Shown here: piece by piece, positions 42,184 to 56,945 of the stretch
How positions within the stretch are numbered: position 1 is the first letter of the stretch
How the letters are laid out: every line of letters starts with the position of its first letter
Assembly (NCBI GenBank): GCA_951406725.2
Contig: OX597821.1
Location: 8,184,001 to 8,248,000, forward strand
DNA length: 64,000 nucleotides
Direction of reading: 5' to 3'
Source of the DNA: Octopus vulgaris
Taxonomy: Eukaryota
Notes under the pieces: model-generated
What the model saw: only the letters and a program-made list of their open reading frames with translations
What the model was told of the DNA's origin: nothing
Database searches by the model: none
Translations under genes and position numbers: made by a program

Positions 42184-42651
42184 TTACGCCTGCATAATGA
42201 AATATTGTGTCGCTACAGCTCATTGATGTTTACGTACCAGCTTCCAAGAATGTGTTTACTATGTAAAATTGGCATATCCAATAATGTTACACCGCTATAT
42301 TTAGTGTCTATTCAAGCAATGGGTTGGATGGGTGTTGATGTAGGAACAAAACCTACTGAAATGTACACCCATTATACATACATACATACATTATGGCTTC
42401 CCCCTCGTTATCGAGTATGGCCATTGCACGAAGCTTAACTGTTACTGGTGCTGTGATCGAATGCGACTTTTTAGCCCAGCTAAAGATCTACAATGTCTTG
42501 TACAAAATTGGCAACTAAGACCTCTACTGGTAATAGCCGGCTGTAGTTGTAACTGGGCTTCATGTACATACATACATACATACATACATACATACATACA
42601 TACATACATACAGACACACACACGTATATAAACATAAAGTTAAAATCTGGT

Positions 42652-42719
42652 TATAGAGTGACCAGTGGTTTCGTATCCGCCAAAACCACAGCCTTGTGGA
42701 CAGCTCATCAGACTCTATA
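42652..42719 (-). ncRNA. Type I hammerhead ribozyme, canonical core
   Basis: Minus: tatagagt-CTGATGA-g(c)tgtcc...ggatac-GAAA-ccactgg-TC-actctata; perfect 8-bp helix I, GUC site. Confidence 0.88.
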
Positions 42720-43494
42720 CAAAGAGAAATTTAACTTTTCATCTCGCGGAGGCAGAGAAACGCTAGGAAAAATGTTCAAACGGCTTACAGAGAAAAAAGG
42801 TGAGGACGGGATAATGGAAGCTAGGATCAATTTTCCAGTAAGTAGCGCTTGAAATCAACACATGTTGAGAACATTTGTTTACGATTATTTAACGCGCAAG
42901 GCTTAGCACAGTTTTTAAGAACTTTGGTCACTCGACGATGCAGATTTTGCAGCGCCCACTCCCATTAATATATGGGCCTGGATGTTCTATGATTCTCCAT
43001 AGAACATCATATGGGGTCGCTTGATCTTTGGGGTGCCACATATGGCTGCTCAGGGACATGACAAACCGTCTTTTTGGGACTCTGAAGGATGACTGATGGC
43101 TACAGTATTTTACTTCATTCTTTGATCATATATCTTCCGTTATTGTTCATATCAAGTACTTTGATTCTTCAATTTATCTGAGCGTCTTCAATCGACTATT
43201 TTCTTCGTGATTTCCAACTGCTTTTTATCATTTTTCTTTTCATCACTTATTTTAATTCTATATCTTCTTGTATTTGTATTGAAATAAGTTGATAAGATCT
43301 CTAACTTCTTCCTTATTTTGTCTGATTAAATCAATATCATGGCAAAACGGAAATTACTGACATCTCTGCAATTATTTTAATATTTCATACAGCTAACTCA
43401 AAGCCGCTCATCGTTATATATACTAGAAACACATTGAAATAAGGTTGTTGAGAGAATACACCCTTGTCTGACACGATGTGTTGTTTTAAACCAG

Positions 43495-43904
43495 TTACTT
43501 ACTCTTTACTCTTTTACTTGTTTCAGTCATTTGACTGCGGCCATGCTGGAGCACCGCCTTTAGTCGAGCAAATCGACCCCGGGACTTATTCTTTGTAAGC
43601 CCAGTACTTATTCTATCGGTCTCTTTTGCCGAACCGCTAAGTGACGGGGACGTAAACACACCAGCATCGGTTGTCAAGCAATGCTAGGGGGACAAACACA
43701 GACACACAAACACACACATACATATATATATATACATATATACGACAGGCTTCTTTCAGTTTCCGTCTACCAAATCCACTCACAAGGCATTGGTCGGCCC
43801 GGGGCTATAGCAGAAGACACTTGCCCAAGATGCTACGCAGTGGGACTGAACCCGGAACCATGTGGTTGGTTAGCAAGCTACTTACCACATAGCCACTCCT
43901 GCGC
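43495..43904 (-). mobile_element. SINE family C copy
   Basis: Near-identical reverse complement of 54910-55333. Confidence 0.85.
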
Positions 43905-44327
43905 AAAATAAGGAAGAAATACTTGGGGAATTTACAACCAAAGCCAATCTTTCTTTATGTATATTCCATATGCAGAACATCGAACTAAGAGGTGCGTTAG
44001 GAAAGAAACTACTTGGACGCGTGTGGGGTTGAGAAGCTCACTACTGCGTGGCACCTTGGGGAAGTGTTGTCTACTGTAACTCCTGGCAAACCGATGCCTT
44101 GTGAGTGAATTTGGTTAATGGAAACAGCGTGGAAGCCTGTCGTATGTATGTCGTTATTCAGTTTATTTCAAGATTTCTTATCAATAGAGAAAGAACTGGT
44201 TTCTTATCTAGATCCATGGCTCCTTCACTGCAATTTCAACATCAACAACAGGGTATGTATGTATGTATGTATGTATGTATGTATGTATGTATGTATGTAT
44301 GTATGTATGTATGTATGTATGTATCTA

Positions 44328-44448
<121 letters not shown>

Positions 44449-44451
44449 TTT

Positions 44452-45327
44452 CGAGGGGTGTTCATTAAAGATTTCCCTTGATCCACTTCCTAAGACTGGG
44501 CTAAACGAAATTTCGCATAGTTATTAGTCCTTCTCTACATAGCCACCACCGTTGGTGACACACTTCTCCCATCGCTTTACGCAGCTGTGAAAACCTCGTA
44601 TGTAGAAGTCGGAAACTTGCGTCTGAAGCCAAAAGACTGAGCATCAATCTTGCCTGCTGAGATTTGGACACGAACCTCCTTTGGAGGCGGTGAATTATCA
44701 TGCTTCCGTTGCTTCGGCTGGACTTTAGTCTCACGCACATTGCCAAAAGAGCCTGGGAGCATTTGACCCGTTCCTGCTTCTGAAAACTTGTGGACATTCG
44801 GGAAATGCATCGTACAAAACAACTTCCGCATGTGCAAATGGTTGTGAATGATTTTTTTTCAGACCCTACGCTTATTTTCACTTCTTGGACTAGTTACCGA
44901 ATAGTTGTACGGTTATCCTCCAAAATAGCGGCTTCCACTTTCTGAATGGCGTCGTCATCAATGGCGGAATGAGGTCGTCCAGGAATAGGAGCTGTTTCCA
45001 CCGCTGCCCAACCACATTTGAACTAGGGGTGCCAGTGCTTGACTACGTTGTATGATGGTGCATCGTCACCATAAACTTCTTTTATCTTATCGAAAGTCTC
45101 TTTTGTTGTACGACCTTTCAAGTATAAGAACCTGATCACTGACAGGCATTCAACTACCTCCGTTATCACACCTGAAGCCACTTCAGCAGCCGTAAAAGAC
45201 AAGCGAATACGAGTGGAAAGCTGCAATTTACAATGTGATACAAAGAGGCAGGTATGACTATATCTGTTCCAGCACCGTTTCTTGCAATAACTGGAAGTCA
45301 GGGAAAATCTTTAATGAATTCTCTTCA
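44452..45327 (-). mobile_element. Internally deleted mariner transposon
   Basis: About 30-bp imperfect TIRs (44452-44481, 45298-45327); HTH remnant VIRFLYLKGRTTKETFDKIKEVYGDDAPSYNVVKHW. Confidence 0.85.
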
Positions 45328-45340
45328 TATGTATATATCT

Positions 45341-45382
<42 letters not shown>

Positions 45383-45404
45383 GCATTATATCTATATATA
45401 TATA

Positions 45405-45792
45405 CTCTTTTATTCTTTTACACGTTTCAGTCATTTGACTGTAGCCTTTAGCATCGCCTTTAGTTGAAGAAATCGACCATAAGACTTATTCTTTGTAAAC
45501 CTAGTACTTATTCTATCTGTCTCTTTTTCCGAACCGCTAAGTTTCAGAGACATTAACACACCAACATCGGTTGCAAAGCGTGGTGGGGGAGGGGACAAAC
45601 AAAGACACAAAGGTACACACACACACACACACGACGGGCTTCTTTCAGTTTTCGTCTACCAAATCCACTCATAAGGCTTTGGCTGGCCCGAGGCAATAGT
45701 AGAAGACACTTGCTCAAGGTGCCACACAAGGGGACTGAACCTGGAACCATGTGGTTGGGAAGCAAACTTCTTACCACACAGCCACTGCTGTG

Positions 45793-45795
<3 letters not shown>
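45405..45795 (-). mobile_element. SINE family C copy
   Basis: Homology to 54910-55333. Confidence 0.8.
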
Positions 45796-45890
<95 letters not shown>

Positions 45891-45983
45891 GACATATATT
45901 ATTGGGAGGCTGGTGTCAAAACAGAAATTACTATAAATGCAAGAGCAATGACTACAGCTCTGTCAAAAAGACGAGCTGTTGGG

Positions 45984-46093
<110 letters not shown>

Positions 46094-46620
46094 TCTTATT
46101 TTGGAAGAAGTTGTGGGCGACTTTATCTACTCCAGATTAGCTTCTTGCAACAGATGTTTGAAAGTCCAAAGAGAGTTGCAAATTTTACTCACCGCTGAGA
46201 ACTTCAGAAAGTCAGCAATCTTATTTATCTGAAAATTTGAGTGAACAACTGAGAATTGAGGAGGAGGATAGAAATCGCAGTTGTGACGCATGAGGTAACA
46301 CCAGCCATCATAGGATAAAAGAGGTAATCTCCTCAAATTTGCTGTTAACAATTCAAAGACAATAGCCATAGCAGAATCAGCAACAACAATAATAGGAATA
46401 ATTGCACCAACGCATCAATTAAACACACAAGCAACAGCTTCACCCAAAATATTATCGAACGAACGCCTTCTCCCTTTTCTGAAGTGACACTAGCAATACA
46501 GGCACAAACTTATGCGCGGAAATGACTCCATCGAGTTCCTTCCTCGATTTATCTTCCCCTGTGTTTTCGAGAACGCAACTCCTAACAAAATGCGTGACTG
46601 TATGTGTGTATATGTGTGTA

Positions 46621-47001
46621 GGAGGCGCAATGACCCAGTGGTTAGGGCAGCGGACTCGCGGTCGTAGGATCGCGGTTTCGATTCCCAGACCGGGCGTTGT
46701 GAGTGTTTATTGAGCGAAAACACCTAAAGCTCCACGAGGCTCCGGCAGGGGATGGTGGTGATCCCTGCTGTACTCTTTCACCACAACTTTCTCTCACTCT
46801 TACTTCCTGTTTCTGTTGTACCTGTATTTCAAAGGGCCGGCCTTGTCACTCTCTGTGTCACGCTGAATATCCCCGAGAACTACGTTAAGGGTACACGTGT
46901 CTGTGGAGTGCTCAGCCACTTACACGTTAATTTCACGAGCAGGCTGTTCCGTTGGTCGGATCAACCGGAACCCTCATCGTCGAAACCGACGGAGTGCTTC
47001 C
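46621..47001 (+). mobile_element. tRNA-Arg-headed SINE (family B, OR-like), full length
   Basis: tRNA-like head with A/B boxes and TCG anticodon; TSD ATATGTGTGTA at 46610-46620 and 47003-47013. Confidence 0.85.
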
Positions 47002-47289
47002 AATATGTGTGTATAAGAAGAAGAAAATAAAAATGACTAGTAAAGAAAGGAATGATTATGTTTATGCGACAGAAAAAAATCAACAAAATTTTAAGGTTCA
47101 GAAATGGCGAATTATTTGTAACAAATTTAGACTCTTGAAGAAGTTTTAGAAAAACAAACAAACAAAAGAAGTAAATAACTTAAAAAATAAAGAAACTTAT
47201 CTTTTCCTCTGAGACTTTGAAAATTGTTGAGAGACATTTTAACAAGTAAACAAATGCTAGGTATCGAAACTGAATTTAGTAAAGTAATA

Positions 47290-47630
47290 TCAATGTTATC
47301 TATGTTTCTTCTTCGTGATGTAGCACGATATAACCCAGAATTAAGAACTAAGATATTCAAGGAATTCTTTTGTTTAACAGTAAGCTATTAAGCAGGAAAT
47401 ATATGAAAGCTTGTAAGCATTTCGGCTGTTATATCTGAAGTTATAATGTTGCAAAGTTGGATGAAAAAGTGAGGCGAACAACAGGTCAACAACGATCATG
47501 CAAAATTTGCGAGAACTCGTTACTGATGGCAACTATCTGGCAAAGTCAATAATATACAGCGCAAGAGTAGAAATAAACAGCGGACAGGAACCTAAAATAT
47601 ATGTTGGGACAACTGAATATTAAGAGTTGA
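47290..47630 (+). mobile_element. Penelope-like (Neptune-type?) GIY-YIG fragment
   Basis: DGNYLAKSIIYSARVEINSGQEPKIYVGTTE at about 47525-47617. Confidence 0.6.
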
Positions 47631-47655
47631 GAGAAATCAGTGGTTTCGAAATGTT

Positions 47656-47717
<62 letters not shown>

Positions 47718-47758
47718 AAAGAATGGAGTCGAACGAAGATTTTAACAAAATTCCTTTA

Positions 47759-47841
47759 CTCTCGACATATGTTTCGAAGACGGCATACTTTTAATTCCGA
47801 AGGAATAAATGGTGCATTATGCCATCTTCTCATCAGGAAAG
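47759..47841 (-). ncRNA. Type I hammerhead ribozyme, canonical core
   Basis: Minus: ctttc-CTGATGA-gaagatggcata...tatgccgtcttc-GAAA-catatg-TC-gagag; 12-bp helix II, palindromic helix III, GUC site. Confidence 0.88.
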
Positions 47842-47954
47842 ATAAGGAGCCTCTTTCAGCCACAAGACGAACAAAATTTTTTGATGGTTGCCTACATGGT
47901 GACCACAGGTATCGATTAAACGAATTTTCCATGCTAGGATAATTCATTCACCTA

Positions 47955-48021
<67 letters not shown>

Positions 48022-48191
48022 AAGTACAGGTGAAGATATAAACCTCGGAGGGATAAAAATATCCAAGATTTAACTGGTTGAATACCTAACAATATAGGCA
48101 CATACCTATATATTATTAATATTATTATAAGCCAAATGAGAAGATGGAGATAAGATTAATAAAAGTTTATTAACACATTGACAAGACCAGA

Positions 48192-48297
48192 CCTACAATT
48201 GTTTCAATTCATCACTTGCAGCATAAAATCAACCATATTTAATTTAATTTAACTAAATCAATTCAATTAATTACTACAAGTGAGAATATCTTCAGGG
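48192..48297 (-). ncRNA. Type I hammerhead motif with weak helix I
   Basis: Minus: cc-CTGAAGA-t-attc-tcacttgtag...ctgcaagtga-t-gaat-t-GAAA-caattg-TA-gg; long helix II, palindromic helix III, GUA site, only 2 bp of helix I. Confidence 0.65.
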
Positions 48298-48654
48298 AAG
48301 GACGTACAAAGAAATTTAACATATTTAAGACATAATGAAAACATTAAAAAGGAAGAATACAGTGTACCATTAACGTTTAAAATATATTATTACATGAATA
48401 AAAACAGATACTGTTATAAAAAACTAAAAGAGCATTAAATGACGAAAGCGTATTTCATTTTCCTTCAGTTTCAATTCTCATGTAAGAACAGGGGGAGTAA
48501 ATAATCTACACAAAACTCAAATAGAAAAATGCGTTGAGATCTCCTTTTCCAGAAAATATATATGTAGCATACGTTTCTGTCACGTGATAAACCAGATCAC
48601 GTGATTAAACATCATTTGAAAAATGCTACGAAATTTTTTTTTACCAAACCAACA

Positions 48655-50925
<2,271 letters not shown>

Positions 50926-51259
50926 TGTGCTCTGTATTCGCCGGTGACTGTTTATATCGCTTCACGAACAAATATCGACAAAATAAGTAAAATACAGAAA
51001 TAACAATTTAAGCAAATACGTGCATGTCAAGACATACACGTATATTCTAGATATGCAACTATACGTATGAGGATACATACATAAATCAAAATATACAAAT
51101 CTGCACCTGCACTGACTCCAAATACTGCAAAAATACACACATCCATCCATCCATCCTTCGTTCCGTCCTTCCACCCATTCCATTCCTCCATCAACCAATC
51201 CAGCCATCCATATATACATGAAAACATACATACATACATACATACACAGCGATACATAT

Positions 51260-52733
51260 ATCTAATATAATAAATGCGAAAACTAATTTCTGTGTGTCAG
51301 TGTGTCACACTTAGAGCCCCTTTCCCACTATTCAATGAAACTTCTACTACTCCTCATGATGGAGTGAGAGTAATAGTAGGCATAGAGAAGGTGGGGATGG
51401 TGGCAAAGACACACAGAGAGAGAGAGAGAGAGAGAGGAAGAAAAAGAGAGGGAGAGAAAGAGAGACAAAGAAATTTAGGGAGAGTTGATGATGTCTTATT
51501 GAAAAGTAGTAGTGTTGATGGTGGCAGTGGGAATAATAAAAGAGAGAGAAAGAATGATTATGTGAGAGAAAGAGGGAGATGATGTACAACTTTGCTTAAC
51601 CATGTCTCTTTGACAGAAATTCCTGTCACCAACATACTGAACACTATCATATTTATATATATATATATATATATATAAGGGTAAACAATTAATATTTTAA
51701 AAAACCCAATAATTATTCACGGGTAGATTTCAGTATGTAAATATAACCATTATCGGTAGGAACTTTAAAAAAAAAGTTCTATATATATTGTATATAAATA
51801 AAATTGTCTTTGACTGCTATTTCTAATTTTTCGGTATGTGGCTAAGCAACCTGTTGCCTGCCCTTATATATATATATATATATATGTGTGTGTGAAATAC
51901 ACTTTAATTGAAATAAAGTTTCCTCCAAATTAAATATATCTAATGTAATAAATGTGAATGTCAGTGTGTCACACACTTTCAACAAAATCCTTTCTACTAG
52001 AGGCACAAGGCCTCAAATTGTGGTAGAAGCGATTAAGTCGATTACATCGACCCCAGTACGTAGATGGCAATAATTTTATCGACCCCGAAAGGATGAAAGG
52101 TAAAGTCGACCTCGGCGGAATTCGAACTCAAAACCTAACGGCAGACGAAATAACGATAAGCATTTCTCCCGGGGTGCTAACGATTCTGCCAACTCGCCAC
52201 CTTAATATAATATAATAAAATATAATAAATGTGAATGTCAGTGTTTCAGTGTGTCACACTTTTTCAATTTTACTCCTAGAGGCTGTTGCCCAACATATCT
52301 TACCATTTTGGAATCAGACTGATTCGGACCCACAATCCTGAAATTTTGGAATCCCAAGTTTTCATTACTATATTTGTTTTCGACGATGTTTTTTACGTGA
52401 CTTTTTGTAACAAATTTTTTCGTACGATAACAATTTTTATAATCTAATGGCTAACTCCTTGAGTGAATTAAAAACATTCAGGGATGAATCCGGACCTGCA
52501 AACCTGAAATTCTGGATTCCTATGTTTTCATTACTGCGATTGTTTTCGACGAATTTTTTTTTACATGATTTTTTTTGCGACGGATATGATCATCATTGGG
52601 ATATGACTCTGGAGGAAGCAATTGCAACAAATTCTCCAAAACAAGTCAGAGATATGTTTGCAGAGTTTCCCATTCAGAGTCAGTTGCTTAAAAGCTATAT
52701 ACTAGCTTAAAAGCTGCCCAATAGGCTAGCTAG
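51260..52733 (+). mobile_element. Helitron relics with RepHel fragment (nested with SINE A and TA repeats)
   Basis: TCTAATATAATAAATG-type starts at about 51260, 51937 and 52220; DHHWDMTLEEAIATNSPKQVRDMFA resembles Helitron helicase; ends CTAGT. Confidence 0.6.
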
Positions 52734-52741
52734 TATCCTAT

Positions 52742-53171
52742 TATTCTTTTATTCTTTTACTTGTTTCAGTCATTTTGACTGCGGCTATGTTGGAGCACCA
52801 CCTTTAGTCGAGCAAATCGGCACCAGGACTTATTCTTTGCAAGCCTAGTAATTATTCCATCGCTCCCTTTTACCGAACCGCTAAGTTACGGGTACTGAAA
52901 CACACTAGCATCTGTTATCAAGCAATGTTGGGGGAAATAAACACACACACATACATATACACACACATGCATATGTGTGTATGTGTGTATGTATACAGCG
53001 GGCTTCTTTCAGTTTCCTTCTACCAAATCCACTCACAAAGATGTGGTCGTCCCGATGCTATAGTAGAAAACACTTGCCCAAGGTGCCACGGAGTAGGACT
53101 AAACCCGGAACCTGGTGGTTGGTAAGCAAGCTACTTATACATACATACATGCATACATACACACACACACA

Positions 53172-53248
<77 letters not shown>

Positions 53249-53417
53249 GTGGCCATGTTAAAGGGTTTAATTCGAAGAAATCGACCCCAGAACTTATTCT
53301 TTCTAAACTTAGTACTTATTCTATCGGTGTCTTTGACGAACTGCTAGTTACGGAGACATAGACACACCAACATTGGTTGTCAAATAAATATGCATACATA
53401 CATGCATATATATATAT

Positions 53418-53474
<57 letters not shown>

Positions 53475-53620
53475 CGACGAGCTTCTTTCACTTTCCGTCT
53501 ACCAAATCCACTCACAAAGATTTGGTCGACCCAAGGCTATAGTAGAACGCACATGTCCAGGCTGAACTCGGAACGATGTTTATTGGGAAGCAAGGTTCTT
53601 ATCACACACCCACGCCTGCG
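52742..53620 (-). mobile_element. Two adjacent SINE family C copies
   Basis: About 52742-53135 and 53250-53620, separated by (CA)n. Confidence 0.75.
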
Positions 53621-53647
53621 TCTATACAGACACACATATATATACAC

Positions 53648-53678
<31 letters not shown>

Positions 53679-53694
53679 TGTGTATATATACACA

Positions 53695-54220
53695 TTAATA
53701 GTTATCGCCATATTAATATGGCAGTCTTATAAATATAAGACTAAAGCTGTCGCTGATTAGCTCCATGATGCCATCGCCTTAAGCTAGCTATTTGACACAC
53801 AAACTGCGTCCATTTTAAACCTTCGAACAATTTTAATATTTCTATTATTGAAAACAAGTGGATGTATTCCACTGAAACTAGGTAAATAAAAGCCTTCGAA
53901 CTGGGACGATCAGTAGCGACACCTGCAAGTCTGACTACGCTGCATTGATAAGGGGCAACAGCCCTGAAACGTCGTCTGTAGCTGTCTGACTGGCAGGATG
54001 AAGCGGCTGACCTCCCTTGTTCGAAGGTTTAAAATGGACGCAGTTTGTGTGTCAAATAGCTAGCTTAAGGCGATGGCCTCATAGAGCTAATCAGCGACAG
54101 GTTTAGTCTTATATTTATAAGACTGCCATATTAGTATGGCGATAACAAATAATTTCCAGTAATCTCCTTTACAGAGTAATCTCCTTTAGAGAGACTTAGT
54201 AATTTTAATATTTCTATTAT
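53695..54220 (+). mobile_element. Non-autonomous HHR-bearing element with inverted 5' partial copy and terminal direct repeat
   Basis: 53695-53830 is the reverse complement of 54017-54152; AATTTTAATATTTCTATTAT occurs at 53829-53848 and 54201-54220; flanked by TA-rich tracts. Confidence 0.75.
53939..53982 (+). ncRNA. Type I hammerhead ribozyme, U3-A8 core variant (second copy)
   Basis: gctgca-TTGATAA-ggggc(aaca)gccct-GAAA-cgtcg-TC-tgtagc; cleavage predicted after 53976. Confidence 0.8.
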
Positions 54221-54230
54221 ATATACACAT

Positions 54231-54275
<45 letters not shown>

Positions 54276-54909
54276 TATACATACATACATATATATATAT
54301 ATGTATATATACAACCACACAAACATATGTGCTCACATATCCATATATATCATAGACTTTTATACGCATAGAGGACATTAAAACGATAGAGCAAGACAAC
54401 GACGACATTTCTACTTGCTCATTGGACCAAAATTAACGATATTCGCCAGACACTTTCTGGCAAACAAGTGTATGTGTTTTTGTGCATGTATTGTTCCGCC
54501 CATCGTCGCTTGACAACCGACGTTGGTGTGTTTATGTCCCCGTAACCTAGTGGTTCGGCAAAAGAGACTGATAGACTAAGTACAATGCTTTCAAGTCCTG
54601 GGAGTCGTTGTGTTTGACTAAAGGCGATGTTCTAGCATGGCAGCTGTCAGATGACTGAAAGAAGTAAAAGAATTAAAGAATAACAGAATATAAATAGAAT
54701 AACAGAATATAAATACATGACGAGTCGAAGGTAGAATCAGACTCGTTGAATAAGCTATGAGGCTAAACTTAAAACCTCAATCAAAACTAAGTCTCCTCTT
54801 TACTAAGTGTCCTTAATGATGACACCTGATGTTAGTGTCTCGTACTTTGGATTACACCTAGAGATTTTAGCCGTTATTGCATTCGTAAATTAATATATAC
54901 ATATCCAAA

Positions 54910-55074
54910 GGCGCAGGAGTGGCTGTGTGGTAAGTAGCTTGCTAACCAACCACATGGTTCCGGGTTCAGTCCCACTGCGTGGCATCTTTGGCAAGTGTCT
55001 TCTGCTATAGCCCCGGGCCGACCAATGCCTTGTGAGTGGATTTGGTAGACGGAAACTGAAAGAAGCCTGTCGTA

Positions 55075-55106
<32 letters not shown>

Positions 55107-55333
55107 AGTGTGTGTGTATATGTTTGTGTGTCTGTGTTTGTCCCCCTAGCATTGCTTGACAACCGATGCTGGTGTGTTTACGTCACCGTCACTTATCGGT
55201 TCGGCAAAAGAGACCGATAGAATAAGTACTGGGCTTACAAAGAATAAGTCCCGGGGTCGATTTGCTCGACTAAAGGTGGTGCTCCAGCATGGCCGCAGTC
55301 AAATGACTGAAACAAGTAAAAGAGTAAAAGAGT
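54910..55333 (+). mobile_element. tRNA-derived SINE family C (CORE-like, internal microsatellite)
   Basis: GGCGCAGGAGTGGCTGTGTGGTAAG head, GGTTCAGTCCC B box, (GTAAAAGA)n tail. Partial copies at about 15365, 15905, 17385, 18448, 25243, 41285, 44030 and 54470. Confidence 0.85.
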
Positions 55334-55866
55334 AAAGATACATTCATACATATTGGTTGTTATCTCATGTAGTCTGTAATTCTTTCTAACTCCACTCTCT
55401 CTGCGTACTTGTTTCAATCTATTTTTTAAATTCTTCTCAATATTATTAGTTAATGTATTCCGTGATTCTCAGTCTGTTGTTAGTTAATATATTATATCAT
55501 TCTCTCACTGTTGCTACCTGATTTCAACTATGACTCTATCACTCTTTTCTTACATTATGTAATCTGTTATTCTCACCTTCTGCTTGTTTTTACTTATGTC
55601 ATCTGTGATTCTCTCCCTTTTGTTGCCTCATATCATCTATGGCACGCTTTTTCTCTCTATCTATCTCTACCGTAATCCTTACGTAATCTGTCATTCTGTC
55701 TCTCTGCTTTTACGAATAACATTTGTGATTCTTCCTCCTTTCTTGCACCATACAATCTTTGAATCACTTCCTGTTGCCACTTTATGCAATCTGTTATTCT
55801 CTCTCACTCTGTCTCTGTCTCTTCTCTGTTTGTTGCTTCATGTTTCCGTCTGTCTTTTGCTTTCAG

Positions 55867-55961
55867 GTTTGTCTGCTGCCAAGCTACTGCATGACCATGG
55901 TCTTAATGTCAAGCTCCTTGAGGCCAGGGATCGCGTTGGAGGACGTACATTCACGATATAC
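55867..55961 (+). CDS. MAO: Monoamine oxidase coding exon 2 (95 nt): (G)[31 protein letters not shown]
   Basis: Long pyrimidine tract plus tttcAG acceptor (55865-55866), donor C|GTAAGT at 55961/55962. [11 protein letters not shown] is the flavin amine oxidase signature; close to [33 protein letters not shown]. No exon 3 found before 64000. Confidence 0.93.
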
Positions 55962-56041
55962 GTAAGTTCTCATCTTCTCAACGTATTTTTCCACTTCGAG
56001 TTTCATTCTTAATTGGAAACGATATCTTCATATTGTGACTG

Positions 56042-56206
56042 ACACACCTTCACACACACACACACACCTTCACACAAACGCACGCACACACACACACACA
56101 CACACCTTCACACAAACGCACGCACACACACACACACACCTTCACACAAACGCACGCACACACACACACCTTCACACAAACGCACACGCACACACACACA
56201 CACACC

Positions 56207-56239
<33 letters not shown>

Positions 56240-56341
56240 TCACACAAACGCACGCACGCACACACACACACACACACCTTCAAATACACGCACACGCAAT
56301 ACACACACGCGCATATATATATATATTTGTATATATATAAA

Positions 56342-56406
<65 letters not shown>

Positions 56407-56791
56407 GCACACACACACGTACACACGCACACATACATACACAAGTAGGAGCGTGCGTGCGCGCGCACACACTCACACGCACACACACACACCTAGTGGC
56501 AATACAGTGGCTGAACCGGTTTAGCCTCAGACTAAAACACACTTAAGTTTGTTTTGAGATCAAATTCCACATTGGAAAGCGTTTTTACCTTTCATTTTAC
56601 CTAAGGTTGTTATGAGTACCCCACCTATGCACAAGTTTACGGTTATTTTAATATTATTATATTATAAACAATGAAAAACAATAACAAAACTGACCCCCGC
56701 CCCCGTTCTGCTTTTGGGCCGAATTCCTCTTAAATAAGAAACGTTTGGGTGGAATACTACTAGTAGTAGTAGCAGTAGTAGTAGCAGCAGC

Positions 56792-56846
<55 letters not shown>

Positions 56847-56891
56847 GCAGCAGCAGCAGCAGCTGCAGCTGTAGTAGTAGTAGTAGTAGTA

Positions 56892-56945
<54 letters not shown>
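56042..56945. repeat. CA-rich minisatellite (cacaccttcacacaaacg units), (TA)n and (TAG/CAG/TAA)n tracts
   Basis: Direct reading. Confidence 0.85.

Noticed and set aside
46621-46692. tRNA-Arg(TCG)-like sequence
   Set aside because: Head of a multi-copy SINE with TSDs; the acceptor stem does not pair properly.
51715-51765. CCGATAA...GAAAtcTA on minus strand in a TA-flanked island
   Set aside because: Core 3-8 pair mismatched and helices weak; may be a decayed member but cannot be supported.
55584-56012. 142-aa ORF with hydrophobic N-terminus fused to MAO sequence
   Set aside because: The upstream part is the intron's pyrimidine-rich tract read in frame; the true exon is bounded by AG 55866 and GT 55962.
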